DNA from: Podarcis tiliguerta
Lineage: Eukaryota
Length of the DNA stretch: 64,000 nucleotides
Strand: one strand, 5' to 3'
Assembly: GCA_965153285.1 (NCBI GenBank)
Contig: OZ229112.1
The translations under genes and the position numbers were made by a program. Under the pieces are notes generated by a model. It did not search any database, was not told the DNA's origin, and worked only from the letters and a program-made list of their open reading frames with translations. Shown one piece after another: positions 11,901 through 24,588 of this stretch; positions within the stretch are counted from its first letter, which is position 1, and every line of letters starts with the position of its first letter.

Positions 11901-13542
11901 TGGTTATAGTGTAGGCTTCTTAGAAGCTTCTTGGAGATCTATGATGAGGTCCCTGATGATAGACAAGCTGCCTTTTTATGATACACTCTCCTTCCAGTAG
12001 GTTTGGCCAGGGCCACAAGTGAACTGAGAGCACACTCTGCAACATGCCCAAGAATCCTCTCACATGCAATGATTTTGTCACAGATGTGAATGAGTCCCCG
12101 AGCACAATAGTCTTCAACTTTTTCAGACTAAAGTATGTATTTGGGGACCTATGCTTATGTCTTAATATTTTACCATGTATTTGTATGGTGGTAGTGCTGC
12201 TGTTGTGAAGCACCTTGGTTCAGTCTGTGACCTGGTAGTGTGTCCTGACCCACGCACTGAAAGCCAATTCCCTATCAGACTAACCACTGTAGAAACCATT
12301 ATTGCAACTATTCCTGCAGCCAATGCTGTGACACACCAGAGCATGTGTGTGGAGGCGTAGCATAGTGAAATATGTTATTTTCCTTGCTGCATGTGAAGCA
12401 AAGTCTTTGTGGATATGCTGAGGGATGCAAGCTACTTGGTTCATTTTCCCACTGAACTGGAATGTCTTTCAGGAAACAAAAGAAGCACATTTCTGACATT
12501 TTATCAGGATGGCCAGTAGACAGAGTTTCAACGGATGACGCACTGTATGTCAGTCTCAACAGATCTATGGGAAGATGACCTATATAGCTGCCAGCACTAT
12601 TAAGAGTCAAGTGATAGCAGCAGCTCTGATACTGCAAAGGTTTTATACCAAAATAAAACAAAAAAGGAAAAATGAACTAAGTACAATTCTCTTGGATTAG
12701 AACTTGGCTTTTCATTTTAGAATGCCTTTTTTGCGAGTGAGGGGAGAGAGAAGCAGCTATAAACAAAATAACAAGCTGTCAATATAATTCATACATAGCT
12801 GCTTAGTATCATACACAGCAGCTCCCATAAATGTAATGTATTATTGTTGTTCTTTGGAAGTACATCTGTGGCTTTTCAGCACCCTGACGTATTGTTAGTG
12901 TATGACAGAAAGCTTGACAATGGGATGATCACTTCTGTTCCGTCATTTCCAAAGCTCTGAAGAGTTTCTCTCAGCAAAGAAAGATGATTAACTGATTTCC
13001 TCCTCTTCCCCTCCCCTCCCCCCGCCTACCGCTTTTATGCTACAGTATGGAGAGTGCAAGAGTAGCCACGCAATTCCATGTTTCCTCTGCCGGAATTTTC
13101 TTCATAGGCCATGGGGCTCTATAAAACATTTATTTGAATAAACCAATTGCTGCATCTCAGAAGAGTTAATGCTCTCGGAGGAGGAGGAGTGTAGATATTT
13201 CAGCAGAGAAGAGGAGGTGGCAAAGCCTGCAAACGAGTTTGAAGCATGCTTTGCATGCCCAGTGTCGGAGGATGGTATGCTCAACAGACCTAATCTGCTC
13301 TGCATCCTATCAAATCTGTCTCCAGCATATGAACTTGAAAGTTTAGAGATATGCACAAAACGCCTGCCTTAGAAGAAACCTTCAGGTAGATAAACCGGGA
13401 GGCCTCTTCCAAGGTTATAACACTATGATGACTTCAGAATAGCTGTAAGCCTCAGACTTTGGGTATGTTACAGGGAAAATGGATAATCTACATTCTGAAT
13501 AGTTCCCCACAAGAGGGGGCATTGTTAGTGGGAGCTAAATCC

Positions 13543-14358
13543 CAGATCTGTTAGTCTTAGAGAACTGAGCCAAAACTAACAAAATGAATTTCAGTTGTGA
13601 CAAATATAAGGTTCTGCACTTAGGCAGGAAGAACCAGATGCATAAATATAAGATAGGTGACATCTAGATTGCCAGTAGTACATATGAAAAGGAACCAGGG
13701 GTCTTAGTAGACCTCAAGCTTAATATGAATTAACAGTGTGATGCAGCGGCTAAAAAAAGCAAATGCTATTCCAGGCTGCATCAACAGAAGTATAGTGTCC
13801 CAATCAAGTAATAGTACCACTCTATTCTGCCGTAGTCAAACAACACCTAAAGTACTGTGCCCAGGTCTGGGTGCCACAATTTAAGAAGGATATTGACAAG
13901 CTTGATAGAGGAGGGAAACCAAGATGATCAAGCCTCATGAGGAAGCCTAATGAGGAATGGTTAAGGGAGTTGGGTATGTTTAGCCTAGATAAGAGGAGAC
14001 TGAGAGGAGATATGATAGCCGTCTTCAAATATCGAAAGAGCTGTCCCATGGAGATGGAACAAGCTTGTTTTTTCCTGCTCTGGAGGGTAGGACCCAAGCC
14101 AATGGCTTCAAGTTGCAAGAAAGGAGATTCCAACTTAACTTCAGGAAGAACTTTCTAACAGTAAGAGTGCAACAGAGTTCCTCGGGAGGTGGTGGACTCT
14201 CCTTCTTTGGAGTTTTTTAATCAGAGGTTGGATGGCCGTTTGCCATGGATGACATTCCTCATCCATGTTGAGGTTGAGATTCCTGCATTGCAGGGGGTTG
14301 GACTAGATAATCCTTGGGGTCCCCTCCAACTCTACAATTATACGGTTCTATGGATTCT
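13543..14358 (+). mobile_element. CR1 LINE 3' fragment (degenerate ORF2 C-terminus and 3'UTR)
   Basis: Translations KTNKMNF..DKYKVLHLG, EEWLRELGMFSLDKRRLRGDMIAVFKY and VDSPSLEFFNQRLDG are CR1 ORF2 motifs. Contains frameshifts and ends in a ttctatggattcta tail. Confidence 0.92.
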
Positions 14359-15168
14359 AAGTGGCAATAATGCTGATGTCAGAAGGGCAGCTTCACCCCA
14401 GTACACTGGCTGTTTCTGAGACTGATTGTTTATGCATGAAAACCCCCATTTTTACAGAAAAACATCTAAGTCACCATCACTACATTGTGTGCTCACCCAA
14501 TCCATAAGCTAATTTTGCATTGTGCAAAGAATACTTTTTCCAGTGTTCTGATTGTTAGCATTATGCACGTGAGTGCGCCATCGCAGCTATGATAATAGGC
14601 TGAGTACCCAACTCCAGCTTTAATGAGTTGACTTTAATCATCCATAACGGAATGTAACTGATATTTAAAAACAGCCTCTTAAATGCAGCTAATTGTGATT
14701 CTGCTGACTTTGGACCAGGCAGCTTTTTAACAGGAACACTGCAGGATAATAGTAATGATGATCACAAAAGTAGGACGCTATTGTTGCAAAAAGGTCTCCA
14801 CACCCCACTGCCCAACACTCCTGCTTCTTTGTTCTTCTAAGCTGCGGGAGGGGAGGAGAATGTCCATTATTGAAACTAATGGAAGTGAGCATTCCAGAAG
14901 CCCACAGAAGCCTACTAAAAGCAAAACAACAGTTTCCGCATTGAGGCTATTCATCAGAAGGAACATATGACTAGGATGAAGCATGGAAATAATTGATGGA
15001 CAGATGCGGTTTGCCAGTGACTTTCATATGATATGCAGGGGGAATTTTGTCTACTCAGGACTCACCACTAGGCACATGCTCCTGCTTCAGCTGCCCTGTC
15101 ACCTCTATGGTAAGCATTCTGTTGAAATCGGAGCAAAAGACAACAAAGAATCAAATGAAGAAAGAGGG

Positions 15169-15313
15169 AATCATAGAACTGTGGAGTTTGAAAGGACCCC
15201 AAGAATCATCTCGTCCAACCCCCTGCAATGCAGGAATCTCAGTTAAAGTATCCATGACAGATGACCATCCAACTTCTGCTTAAAAACCTCCAGGGAAGAC
15301 GAATCCACCACTT
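15169..15313 (-). mobile_element. CR1 3' end fragment
   Basis: aatcatagaa tail; minus translation VVDSSSLEVFKQKLDGHLSWIL. Confidence 0.8.
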
Positions 15314-15996
15314 CGACAGATCCTCCCAACCACACCAGCTGCTGCTGACCATTCTCCTTCCGTGAACATAAGGTCCTTCTCTGAATGGAGTGAAAACAGA
15401 ATGCTGAACCAGTTAGAATTTGGAATGATCTGGAGAGGCTACTTGTATACACAGGTGCTCTTATCTACCCGTCAGAGCACCTGCATTCAAATGTCTTCCA
15501 CTCACTTTCTGGGAAAGGAGAAAATCCATTTGAGAATCTCCTCCAGGCATTGGAATCCACAGTCAGTTTGGGACAGAACCAATAGATTCAATGGAAAGGA
15601 ACTCATTGTATTCATAAATGATTATTAAACATACATCTGCTTAAGAAAACTTAAAGTGACTTCCAAGAGTTCAGCACTCTTCCAATGCCTTTTTTAAAAA
15701 AAATATTTCCGAGTACAGTTACAGTTCTTTGACCATCTCTTTGGGGAGCCTCTTCATCTGCTAGTAGCTGTTAACTATTAAAAGGTTTTCTTTGTCTAAC
15801 CTACATATTCCTTCCGTAGCTTCAGGCAATGGTTCTTTCTACAACCTACTTCTGAAACTGAATAATTCCCTTTCTTCATTTATATTGTTACCTGGAAGAT
15901 ATTCCTAAACTTTTGACATGTCCCTTTAGACTACTTCCATCCTCTTTTTATACAATGTTTGTTCCCTTCGTCTCTGCCCATGCTATATATTGCTTC

Positions 15997-16134
15997 CAGG
16001 GCTTTTTTTCCAGCCGGAACTCACCGGAACTCAGTTCCGGAACCTCTCAGGTTGGTGCCATTGGCATTCTAAGAGAACAAGGGAGGTGTTCATGGTGAGT
16101 TCTGGCACCTCTTTTTCCTAGAAAAATAGCACTG
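15997..16134. mobile_element. hAT-type MITE
   Basis: Termini cagggctttttttc / gaaaaatagcactg; 8-bp flanks attgcttc / attccttt (6/8); internal ccggaactca repeats. Confidence 0.65.
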
Positions 16135-16254
16135 ATTCCTTTATCACCTTCACTGTTTTGCTTTGGATCTGCCACCAGTCCCCTCTTCCTATCCCTTGCA
16201 CCCAGAATGTTTTGAAAGCGGTTACATAAGAACACTGCTAATTAACATAATCGG

Positions 16255-16405
16255 GTGACATATACACCATGCACTTAAAGCATGTGACTTTCCCCAAGGA
16301 ATCTTGGGAACTGTACCTTGTCAAGGATAATAGAAATTGTAGCTCTGTGAGGGGTAAACTATAGTTCCCAGCATTCCTTAGGGAGGAGTCCAGTTTTTAA
16401 AACCC
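16255..16405. mobile_element. Dispersed MITE-like repeat ('tgggaactgtag...ctacagttccca' family)
   Basis: Related copies at ~20060-20235 and ~43525-43690 in this window; internal inverted motifs. Confidence 0.5.
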
Positions 16406-16602
16406 TAATTAAACTCTGCCTCCCCCTATTTTTTTGATACATGACTGAAAATGGGGCAGGCAACCCCAGGAGCAGCATAGGGTCATTCTGTGGGTTCAAT
16501 GGCCCTGGAATGGGGTTGCAGAGTGGATTAGGGTGGGTGTCTCTGCACAAACTCTACTTTTTTATATTTCCTGTCCCAGTGAATGAGGAAAACAGAGCTT
16601 AA

Positions 16603-16607
<5 letters not shown>

Positions 16608-16650
<43 letters not shown>
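16608..16650. repeat. (ATT)n microsatellite
   Basis: Directly visible. Confidence 0.95.
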
Positions 16651-16652
<2 letters not shown>

Positions 16653-19600
16653 ACTGATGTATTGCCCCTGATATATGGAGTTGCTTAGAACACCAAACAC
16701 AGATCAAAGAAGAGAGAGCAGAGAGTGACTTGACATTTTATAAAACATTCATTTACTAGGCAAATCTGATGGGCCTGTGCACATCCCTGCTCTTCACAAA
16801 GATTGACCGTGATAATCGACACCTGAAGCTGATATTGCCTGGAATCATGCAATCATCTCCCTTAATCATCTGTCTTAAACCAAACCCTCTTGTGGCTGTA
16901 CTTACATGGTGCACTGGTCATTTGTGATCTCTCCTGCCATGAAGTGAGTTGAGTTATTACCTTGCTTCAGTAATTTGTTGGCAACCTGAAGACGCACAGG
17001 CTATAGTATGTCCAGAGGCTACAGCCAACCTGATCCCCATGAAGTCTGAACTGTCATGAGCTGACTTTTTGATAAAGATATATGAATTTTTATTTCTGTG
17101 AATATTCTTCCCTTGCTGTAAATTGACATTGTGCGACTGGGGCATATATCGACAAAGAGGATATGTCATTTTTGCAAGTGCAGGGTTTTTCAAATGGTTA
17201 CCTTGCAAGTCTCTTTACAACTGAGAATAAGAACGCAGGATAAGGACCTCAGTGGCTACCAGTACATGGAACAGGTGAGTGAGGGCTGGGGGCTGCAAAT
17301 AAGGGGAGGTTTCTTGAGGAGGAGCATTGCTTGGGGGGAGTGCAGAGGACCATACTAAAAAAGCTGAAGGGCCACATTCAACCATCAGCATCCCCGCCCC
17401 TCAAGCCCTGCTTTATGCATACTAACCAAAAGTGATGGTGACAGACCAATGGCAAACAATGAATCATGCATTAGCATTCCTGAGAGATTTCTGCCCATCA
17501 GCTTCCTTTATTTGGCGCCCCATTCTTTAAGGTATATCAATAGGTCTCATGCTTCTGGGAATTGCTTTAGTACCGGCATTTGGGTATAGACAAAAATAAT
17601 TTAATTTCATCCATTTGCTTTCTCTGGCTGCCCGCACAAATAAGATGCTTCACATAACAAGATCACCACATTTGCATAGGCTCAGAAACTTCAATGCCAA
17701 CCTGTTTTAAAATGGATTGCAGCATCAATATTCCCCCTATTGAATGAGTCAACTGCATTACAAGAGAGTCAAGGCCATTTCATGTGGGAACAGTGAGCTT
17801 TCTTTTGTTAGTTTTTCCCCGTTTGAAGAGATGGGGGGGGATGTATTTCTGCAAATTGAATCTGTTTTAAAAGGAAATAATGAATATCCACACAATACCC
17901 ACCTCTCAGGATATACTGTATACACCTGTCAATACGCGCCCCTGACACTGTGAGATGTTTGGACTTCAGCTTTTACCGGGAGATATTTTCTGGCTGCTGT
18001 GAATTGCATGAATGTTTCACTTTGTCCCTTCCCCCTAAAAGGTGTGCCATCATCTCTGAAAGCATTGTTCTCCTCTTGGGGAACACCCTGGTAAAAAGCA
18101 CCCTGTATGTGGATTCCACTACCCCAGAAAAAAACAAAGGATGAGCAATCCAGTGGTGCACAGCTGGCAGGGAATGCCGGGATCTCGTTCTCCAACCCAC
18201 CCTCAAATTTGAACCTGTCAGAGAAAACCCATGGGAAGGAAAACGGATTGCTATGCCCACAGACAAAATTCAGAAATGTAAAAGAAGAATAAATAAATGC
18301 ATTCAGTTCTTTTCCAGAAACAATAGCAGTTAATTTGGAATTTCAGAGTCTGGGGAACAACTGAAACGCATACATTTCAGAAGCATCTCTACCTTTAAAA
18401 TGACCTTCAAAACCACTTAGATAATCTGTTGAATGGCTACTCAGGGCAATGTGCCCTGCAGAATATCAGAGGGTGGAGAACAGAGAATGGACTATGGAAT
18501 GCCCTTCACTCTGCTACATGTGAAGCAGAAACCACTGGATGCTCAAGATATCTTGTAAATGCATATCTTTTTGCCCAAGCTTTCCCTGACCCAAAGGACC
18601 AGACCTTGTTTTATGTGTTTTTCTGAACCTACTGCATTCCTGTTTTATTTGTTCATTTGTTTGCATATGTTTTTATGTTACTGTATTATTGGTTTGATGT
18701 TTGTATTTTTGTTTTAATGATATTGTTTGGTTTTATATTGTACAGTGCTTAGAGATTTTTAAAATATTAAGCAGTTTAAGCATGCTTTGAAATAAAATAA
18801 AATAAAATAAAATACCGGTATGTATGCTTTCTTTACTGCTTCCAACACATTCAGCAGTGTTCATGGAAGGGCTTTTGCTTGCATGTTTCTGCCAAGAGCA
18901 CCTACGGCTGGACTTCATTCAGGGCTGATGTCCAGGGTCCTGTAATTCAGCTGCCCCCCAGAAAAAAAACCCCCATAAAATGACTCTACAGTTGTCATGG
19001 CGCTGGCAGGCAAGGAACACCCAGAAAGAGGAATTAACTTTTTATCATCCAAAGTAAATAGCAACCACGAGGTGTTTTCCAACTAAAACATAACCAAAAA
19101 CTTAATAAATTAAACAATGCAACATCAATAAATTCAGTATAAACTATCTTAAGTAAACAAACATTTGCAGATCACACAGACCATAGTCTTCCTAATGTTG
19201 GGCACAAGGTAAAATTAAAACAACTTAAATATATCCAAAGGTATAAGAGAATGGGTACATTTTAACCAGGTGGCAGAAGTTTAATAATGTGGTGAACCTT
19301 GCCTCTAGAGAGAGAGAGTTCTACAGAAAAGACGTTGTCAGGTGTCAATGTGAAGTGGGAAAATCAACTCCAGAAGGTTGGATGAATTTCCAGAAAGGGG
19401 TGGGAGGTGTTATGGGGGGTTGCAGAGGGAACAGAGAATCACTCAAAATTGCTTCCTCTCCTTTTCTGTTAGTAGATGATTTTACTGCATCAAGAGCCCA
19501 TCTCATGAGCATCAAGGGCACCAAATGAATTCCATCCATTCTCAACAAACACACCAAAGAAAACTCAGCACTGAGTATTCTCCTTATCCATCCCTCATCG

Positions 19601-19781
19601 CTTAGCAAGTAGGTGGGAAACAACTTGGCTTCTTCCACACCATTGAAGACTGCATTAGAACTTGCTGAGTTCTGTAAATCATCTTTTTTGTCTTTCTGAT
19701 TTTCAATGCAAAACAGCTTAGATGGTAAATTATCTAAGGGCTTGCCGATTTTCAGACAGCTCATACATACTCATGTCATCC

Positions 19782-19834
19782 TTAATATGCCCTGAGAACC
19801 ATTTTATTATCCATGGCTAAGTTTGCAACTTCTG
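19782..19834 (-). CDS. Speculative terminal coding exon (EVANLAMDNKMVLRAY*)
   Basis: Acceptor cattttcttttcccatag; phase-compatible with the candidate at 42003-42102. No homology recognised. Confidence 0.1.
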
Positions 19835-20852
19835 CTATGGGAAAAGAAAATGTCGTGGCTCATTTGCATATGTTAATTTTTAAAAACAGCAAGAGGGCAA
19901 ATAAATAATGTCATCCCAATTTAGAATTGGCTAACTGTATGTATGACTCTTTAATAAAAGCCATTACACGTTAAGAGCTTGATTCAACATGCTCCAATGT
20001 ACCGTTAAGTGCAGAGGGTTTGCATCGCTGGCTGATGAATGGCAAAGATCATACAGGTCCATGCTACAATTCCCAGAGTTCCCTGGGAAGAAGGAATGAC
20101 TGTTAAACCATTCTGGGCATTGTAGCTTGTGAGGGGGATAGAGGTCACCTAACTACCCTCAGCACACTTAACAAGCTCCCAGGTTGCTTTTAAAGTTTTC
20201 TGATACTGCTTTAAAGGTATAGTGCAGATGGGGCCATACTCTGGAATTAGTCCTGCTGCTCTCCAGCCTTGAGGTGATCCGGCTAATCGTCCTTAAATCC
20301 ACTTAAGTCTGATTTCCTCATTCCTTTCCTGAACCACTCATAGCCTTAGCAGAAAGCAGCAGGATGGGCCACATTCACATCTAAGCCATTAAGTATCTCT
20401 CACACAGTCCTAGATAAGATGGTGAGAGTCCCAAACCTGGATTTACCTCATATTCAGTACAGCCCTGACAAGGTAATCATTTCATAGCCATTCACGAGCT
20501 GCAGATAATGACTCCTCTTTTCACTCTCTGAATATGACCCGTTCCAAAAAATGAATTATAAATCTGGTGTATGTATGCAGAGGGAGAGAAAGACAGCAAT
20601 TAGAAGCTCTAAAAGGTACAAAATTACTTTCAGCTAATGGGGAAGCAGCTTCCATTTGACACATTCTTGGAAGAGCTCATTAGAGCTGGGCATTTGGGTT
20701 TGAAATAGTGTGGTAGGAACGTCTGACATTTGACGGATTGCCCAACGAAGACGCTGCTTCTGCGCTGTTAAAGGGCTAAATGGGATTTTGAGTGCATTTT
20801 AATGGAAATATACCCTCTAATTGGATAACAAGTTCACAACGCAAACAAAAAT

Positions 20853-20992
20853 AGGCCCCAGGTTCAGTCCCTGGCATTTCCAGGTAGAGCTGGGGGAAGA
20901 CTTCCTGTCTGAAACTCTGCCAGTCAGTGTCAGCATTGCTCATCTAGACGACCCCCAGTCTGACTCTGTGTAAGGCAACCTCCTTTATTCCT
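20853..20992 (+). mobile_element. Squam3-like tRNA-derived SINE, 5'-truncated
   Basis: B-box-like ggttcagtccc, body 'ccaggtagagctggg..ctgtctgaaac..ctgccagtcagtgt', end 'taaggcaacctcct'. Confidence 0.65.
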
Positions 20993-21168
20993 CATTAGCG
21001 ATTGCAAGACCATCTTGGTATCTCAATGAATAAATCCACATAAGCACCTACTCTACGAACAAGGTGATTTAGTCATAACAATACTTTTCAAAGCCTCAAC
21101 ATGCTTTACACACATTTGACCTCAGTAATCTTCAGCCTTTAAGGTTAGGCAGTGATTTTATCCCCATA

Positions 21169-21359
21169 CAGTGGAACCTTGGTTCTCGAACACCTTGGTA
21201 CTCAAATATTTCGGTTCCTGAACACCAAAAACCAGGAAGTAAATGTTCCGGTTTTCAAACATTTTTTGGAACACGAATGTCCGATGCAGCTATCAGCTAT
21301 TGTTTCCAGGGCGCCTGCACCAACCGGATGGATTACATTCGAGAACCAAGGTTCCACTA
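21169..21359. mobile_element. Tc1/mariner (Tigger-like) MITE
   Basis: TA|cagtggaaccttggttctcgaa ... ttcgagaaccaaggttccact; ~22-bp TIR; same family as 31067-31308. Confidence 0.85.
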
Positions 21360-21609
21360 TTGGAAATGGGGGGGTTAAGTAGCTTGCTGAGGGCCATCAA
21401 GTGAGTTCATAAAATGAAATTATTTCAACGGGACACTTCCTGACTTACTGCTCACCTTACTCTTGGGCACCAGGCTGAAATAGAATTACACTGGAGTTGT
21501 CTCAATCCAGGCATGTTTGCTCAGGAGTTAGGCTGACTGTATTTAACAGGACCTACCTCTAGAGAAGCTTGCATCCTGTGTTAAGCTATTGAGCAATGTC
21601 AAATATCTA

Positions 21610-21706
21610 GGAGTATCTTAGTGACAGAGCATGTGCTTTGCATGCAGAAGGTCCCAGGTTCAATCCTTGGGATCTGCAGGTAGGGTTGGGAAAGACCCCC
21701 TGTCTG
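21610..21706 (+). mobile_element. Squam3-like SINE 5' part
   Basis: agagcatgtgctttgcatgcagaaggtcccaggttcaatcc tRNA-like head. Confidence 0.7.
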
Positions 21707-22601
21707 TTGAATCAAACAGCAGCATTTCTGTGGCAGTAAATATTTGGCAAATAGTCACGTGTTCATATAACATCCCACGACAAAGTCTTTGTGGGGAGTG
21801 GATTTGTTCCAGTTGTCGTTGGGAGCCATATGTCTCCATTTCTATAGGCAATTTGTGGCTTTGGTTACATCCCTTAGAACAGCAATGGCTCTTGCATCCT
21901 CACAATGGTGTCCAGAAGGACTGCTCTTTTTTCTTCCCTAAGCTGCTCTAATTGAAGCATCCAATTGCATCCAGCAGCCTTGGCGGAGAACAGCTGCTCA
22001 TTACTGTGCAGAGCAGCGGCAGTTCTTTCATTGCTCTGCTTTGATTCATCTCATTTTTAAACACGCACACGCGCACATGTATTCCTCCACAACCCACACA
22101 TGAACCCTGGCTGTGCCCGCAAATGAGAGCATGTCATTAGCAGCAAGCAAGGCAGATCTTGGGCTTGAGCTACATAGAGAAGATGAAGCCTTCTAATGCA
22201 GTCAGGACAGTCAAAGAGGGCAGCAGGCATGAAGGCCACCACCTCCACTGTTCATCACACTATATCAAGATCTTTTTCCTTCTGTAAATTGTCCTAGATA
22301 TATCAGCATCCACAGACATTTCTGCCATTCCATCTCCCCAACCTTTCTATTATTTGTGGAGCTCTGAAATTTGGTCATCCTGACAGCTACACCTCTTGCT
22401 GAATGAAGACAGTGAAGATAACATGCATCCAGCCATCCCTAATTGACTTCATGGAATTAATGGTTTTAAAGGGAAGATGATTGAAAGTTCTAGCAGCCAG
22501 AACAATAGAGTATTAATGCCCCATAGGGACTCCTGATTAAAAAACAAAAAACCCACTCACACAGTCAGGGGAACCTGACTGTAAACCACTATATTATAGA
22601 G

Positions 22602-22797
22602 GCAGTGTCGTGTAGTGTTTAGAGTGTTAGACTAGGCCATCAAACTCACTGGGTGACCCTGGGCCAGACACAATCTCTCAGCCTCACCTACATCACAGGG
22701 TTGTTGTGAGAATAAAATGAGGAAAGGGAGAATCACGTACACTACTTTGAGCACTTTGGAGAAAAGATGAGACATAAATGCAATAAATAAATAATAA
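22602..22797 (+). mobile_element. MIR/CORE-type SINE
   Basis: A-box-like gtgtagtgtttagagtg, core 'gggtgaccctgggccag..tctctcagcctcacctac..cacagggttgttgtgag', (AATA)n tail. Similar relics at ~35468, ~49086 and ~50303. Confidence 0.7.
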
Positions 22798-23393
22798 GAT
22801 CATCAAATGGATATTTCAGATAATGAGAAACCATTTTACTTCCTGTTCTGCAGATTTCTATGGAACTGTAATGTTCCGGGATAATAGATGCTCTTTGGAC
22901 TCAACTAGGCTGCTTTTAAGGCTCTAAAGATTCACATTTTACAACAATTTGCCATCAGCATTCCATTCCACTGTGATAGGCCCAGTCTAGGAGTTCCATC
23001 ATAATTTAGGACCTTGGTATGTGAAACAGTAGAAACTGGCAGACCTAGAAATATATGAATCACTGAGCACCTTCATGGTGAGAGAACACTAGAAATGTTT
23101 TTGAAATATGTGTCTGTCCTTTATAATTGATGTGGCACATTTCTCACTAAGTTCCAAAGGGCCCTGTGAAATGAGAGGCTCGGTGAGGAGGCACACGTTG
23201 CAACAACAAAGGAGAGTGCTTTTTGGTGGTGGTGCCCTGATTATGGAGCACCCTCTACAAACTGATGTATTTGAAACTGCATTTACAAATTTGTTTGTTT
23301 GTTGTGCCGGGCTAAGGTAGCTCTATTTCTTAGGCATTCCAACATGTGCAAAGTCTCAGCTTACTGTATGCTTTTTAGCTGCTGCCTCATATT

Positions 23394-23580
23394 GGGGAAG
23401 GAATGTAGCTCAGTGGTAGAGCATTTCTTTGAGTGCAGAAGATCCTAGGGTTGGGAATGCTCCCTGTCTAAAACCTTAGAAACCCACTTCCAGTCTGCAA
23501 AGGCAATGCCTAGCTCAGTGGACCAGTGGACCAACTTGTTATAAGGCAGTCTCCTATAGTTCCTATATCTATGTTCCTAT
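23394..23580 (+). mobile_element. Squam3-like SINE
   Basis: tgtagctcagtggtagagca A-box head; 3' end 'tataaggcagtctcctat..atgttcctat'. Confidence 0.7.
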
Positions 23581-24037
23581 GTTATTCCCAATGTGGTGGT
23601 TTTATTGTACCAACTTGGACTCTGTTGGATGAAGGGCATTATACTGTGAGAATACTTTCTCTCACTGGGCTCCCAGAGCCCTCAAATGCTTTACCATTCA
23701 CTGAGAGGTTTTGGTGAGTCCTTTATTCCTTCAGGAGTAAGTCCTGTACTCTCCAAAGCACAGGGCATGGACACCTATCAAGTATTATGTTTGTTTGTTT
23801 TTAGTTACTGACCCCCTCACAATTATTCCTGGAGTTAACTTCACTTTTCTTATCGGTTCAAGTAAATCCCCCAATTGCCTTGCAGTGACTTCCCTCTTCA
23901 TCGGTTCATGGTTCTGTTTGCTAAAGCATCCTGAACTTAAGACTGAAAACATGAGGAATAGGAACTGACAGATTCATCTATCCTTAGAAAATACGCCTCT
24001 TACCTTCTCTCTCTGTAATCCTGGGTTTCATGCTGGC

Positions 24038-24588
24038 TGATCAGGACTGTGCACAAGGGGGGAACATCTCCATGCCCAGGTGATGCCCAGGGCTGGGCAG
24101 AGGAGGAGGAAAGGTGGAGACTGCTTCCCCATCCTGATCCTTCCAGGGAGGAGGAAGAGGAAGACAGGATAGATTTACAACAGGGGTTTGCAGGAGGTCA
24201 CAGCTCAAAGGCAGATGAGGGGGAATGTTGGGAAATAATAGGAGAGGAGGAGCAGACAGAGCCGGATCAGCAGCTGGATGACATGTTGTCATTAGAAAGC
24301 ATTCCAGGCCCACCATCTCCCAGAACCTGATGAGCCTTAAAAGTAGGAGAGCAAAGAGCTCAAAGGCAGAGGACACTTAGTGGGACTCGTAGAAGAGGTG
24401 ATGATGATGACGAATGAGGAAGTGGGGGAGAAGGGAGTGGAGATTCACTTGAGACAATGCCATTATCCAAGAGGCTGGGTTCTACAACCTCTGTAAAGTT
24501 TGAAATAAAAAAAGGACTGTAAGAAACTTTTCCTTGTCTTTATACTTTCCTTGGCAACCATCTGGGAGCCACTGACAGAATCCTGAAA
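24038..24588 (+). mobile_element. Probable degenerate solo LTR
   Basis: Ends tcagga ... tcctga(aa) are consistent with TGTCAGGA..TCCTGACA. Purine-rich body, AATAAA at ~24504, flanks gctga / ggtga. Confidence 0.45.

Noticed and set aside
11518-12360. Cluster of ORFs suggesting a gene or processed pseudogene
   Set aside because: The first part is the GC-rich repeat-like block. The remainder shows no recognisable protein in the frames I translated.
23394-23470. tRNA gene (tagctcagtggtagagca)
   Set aside because: No complete cloverleaf; it continues into a SINE body shared with other copies.
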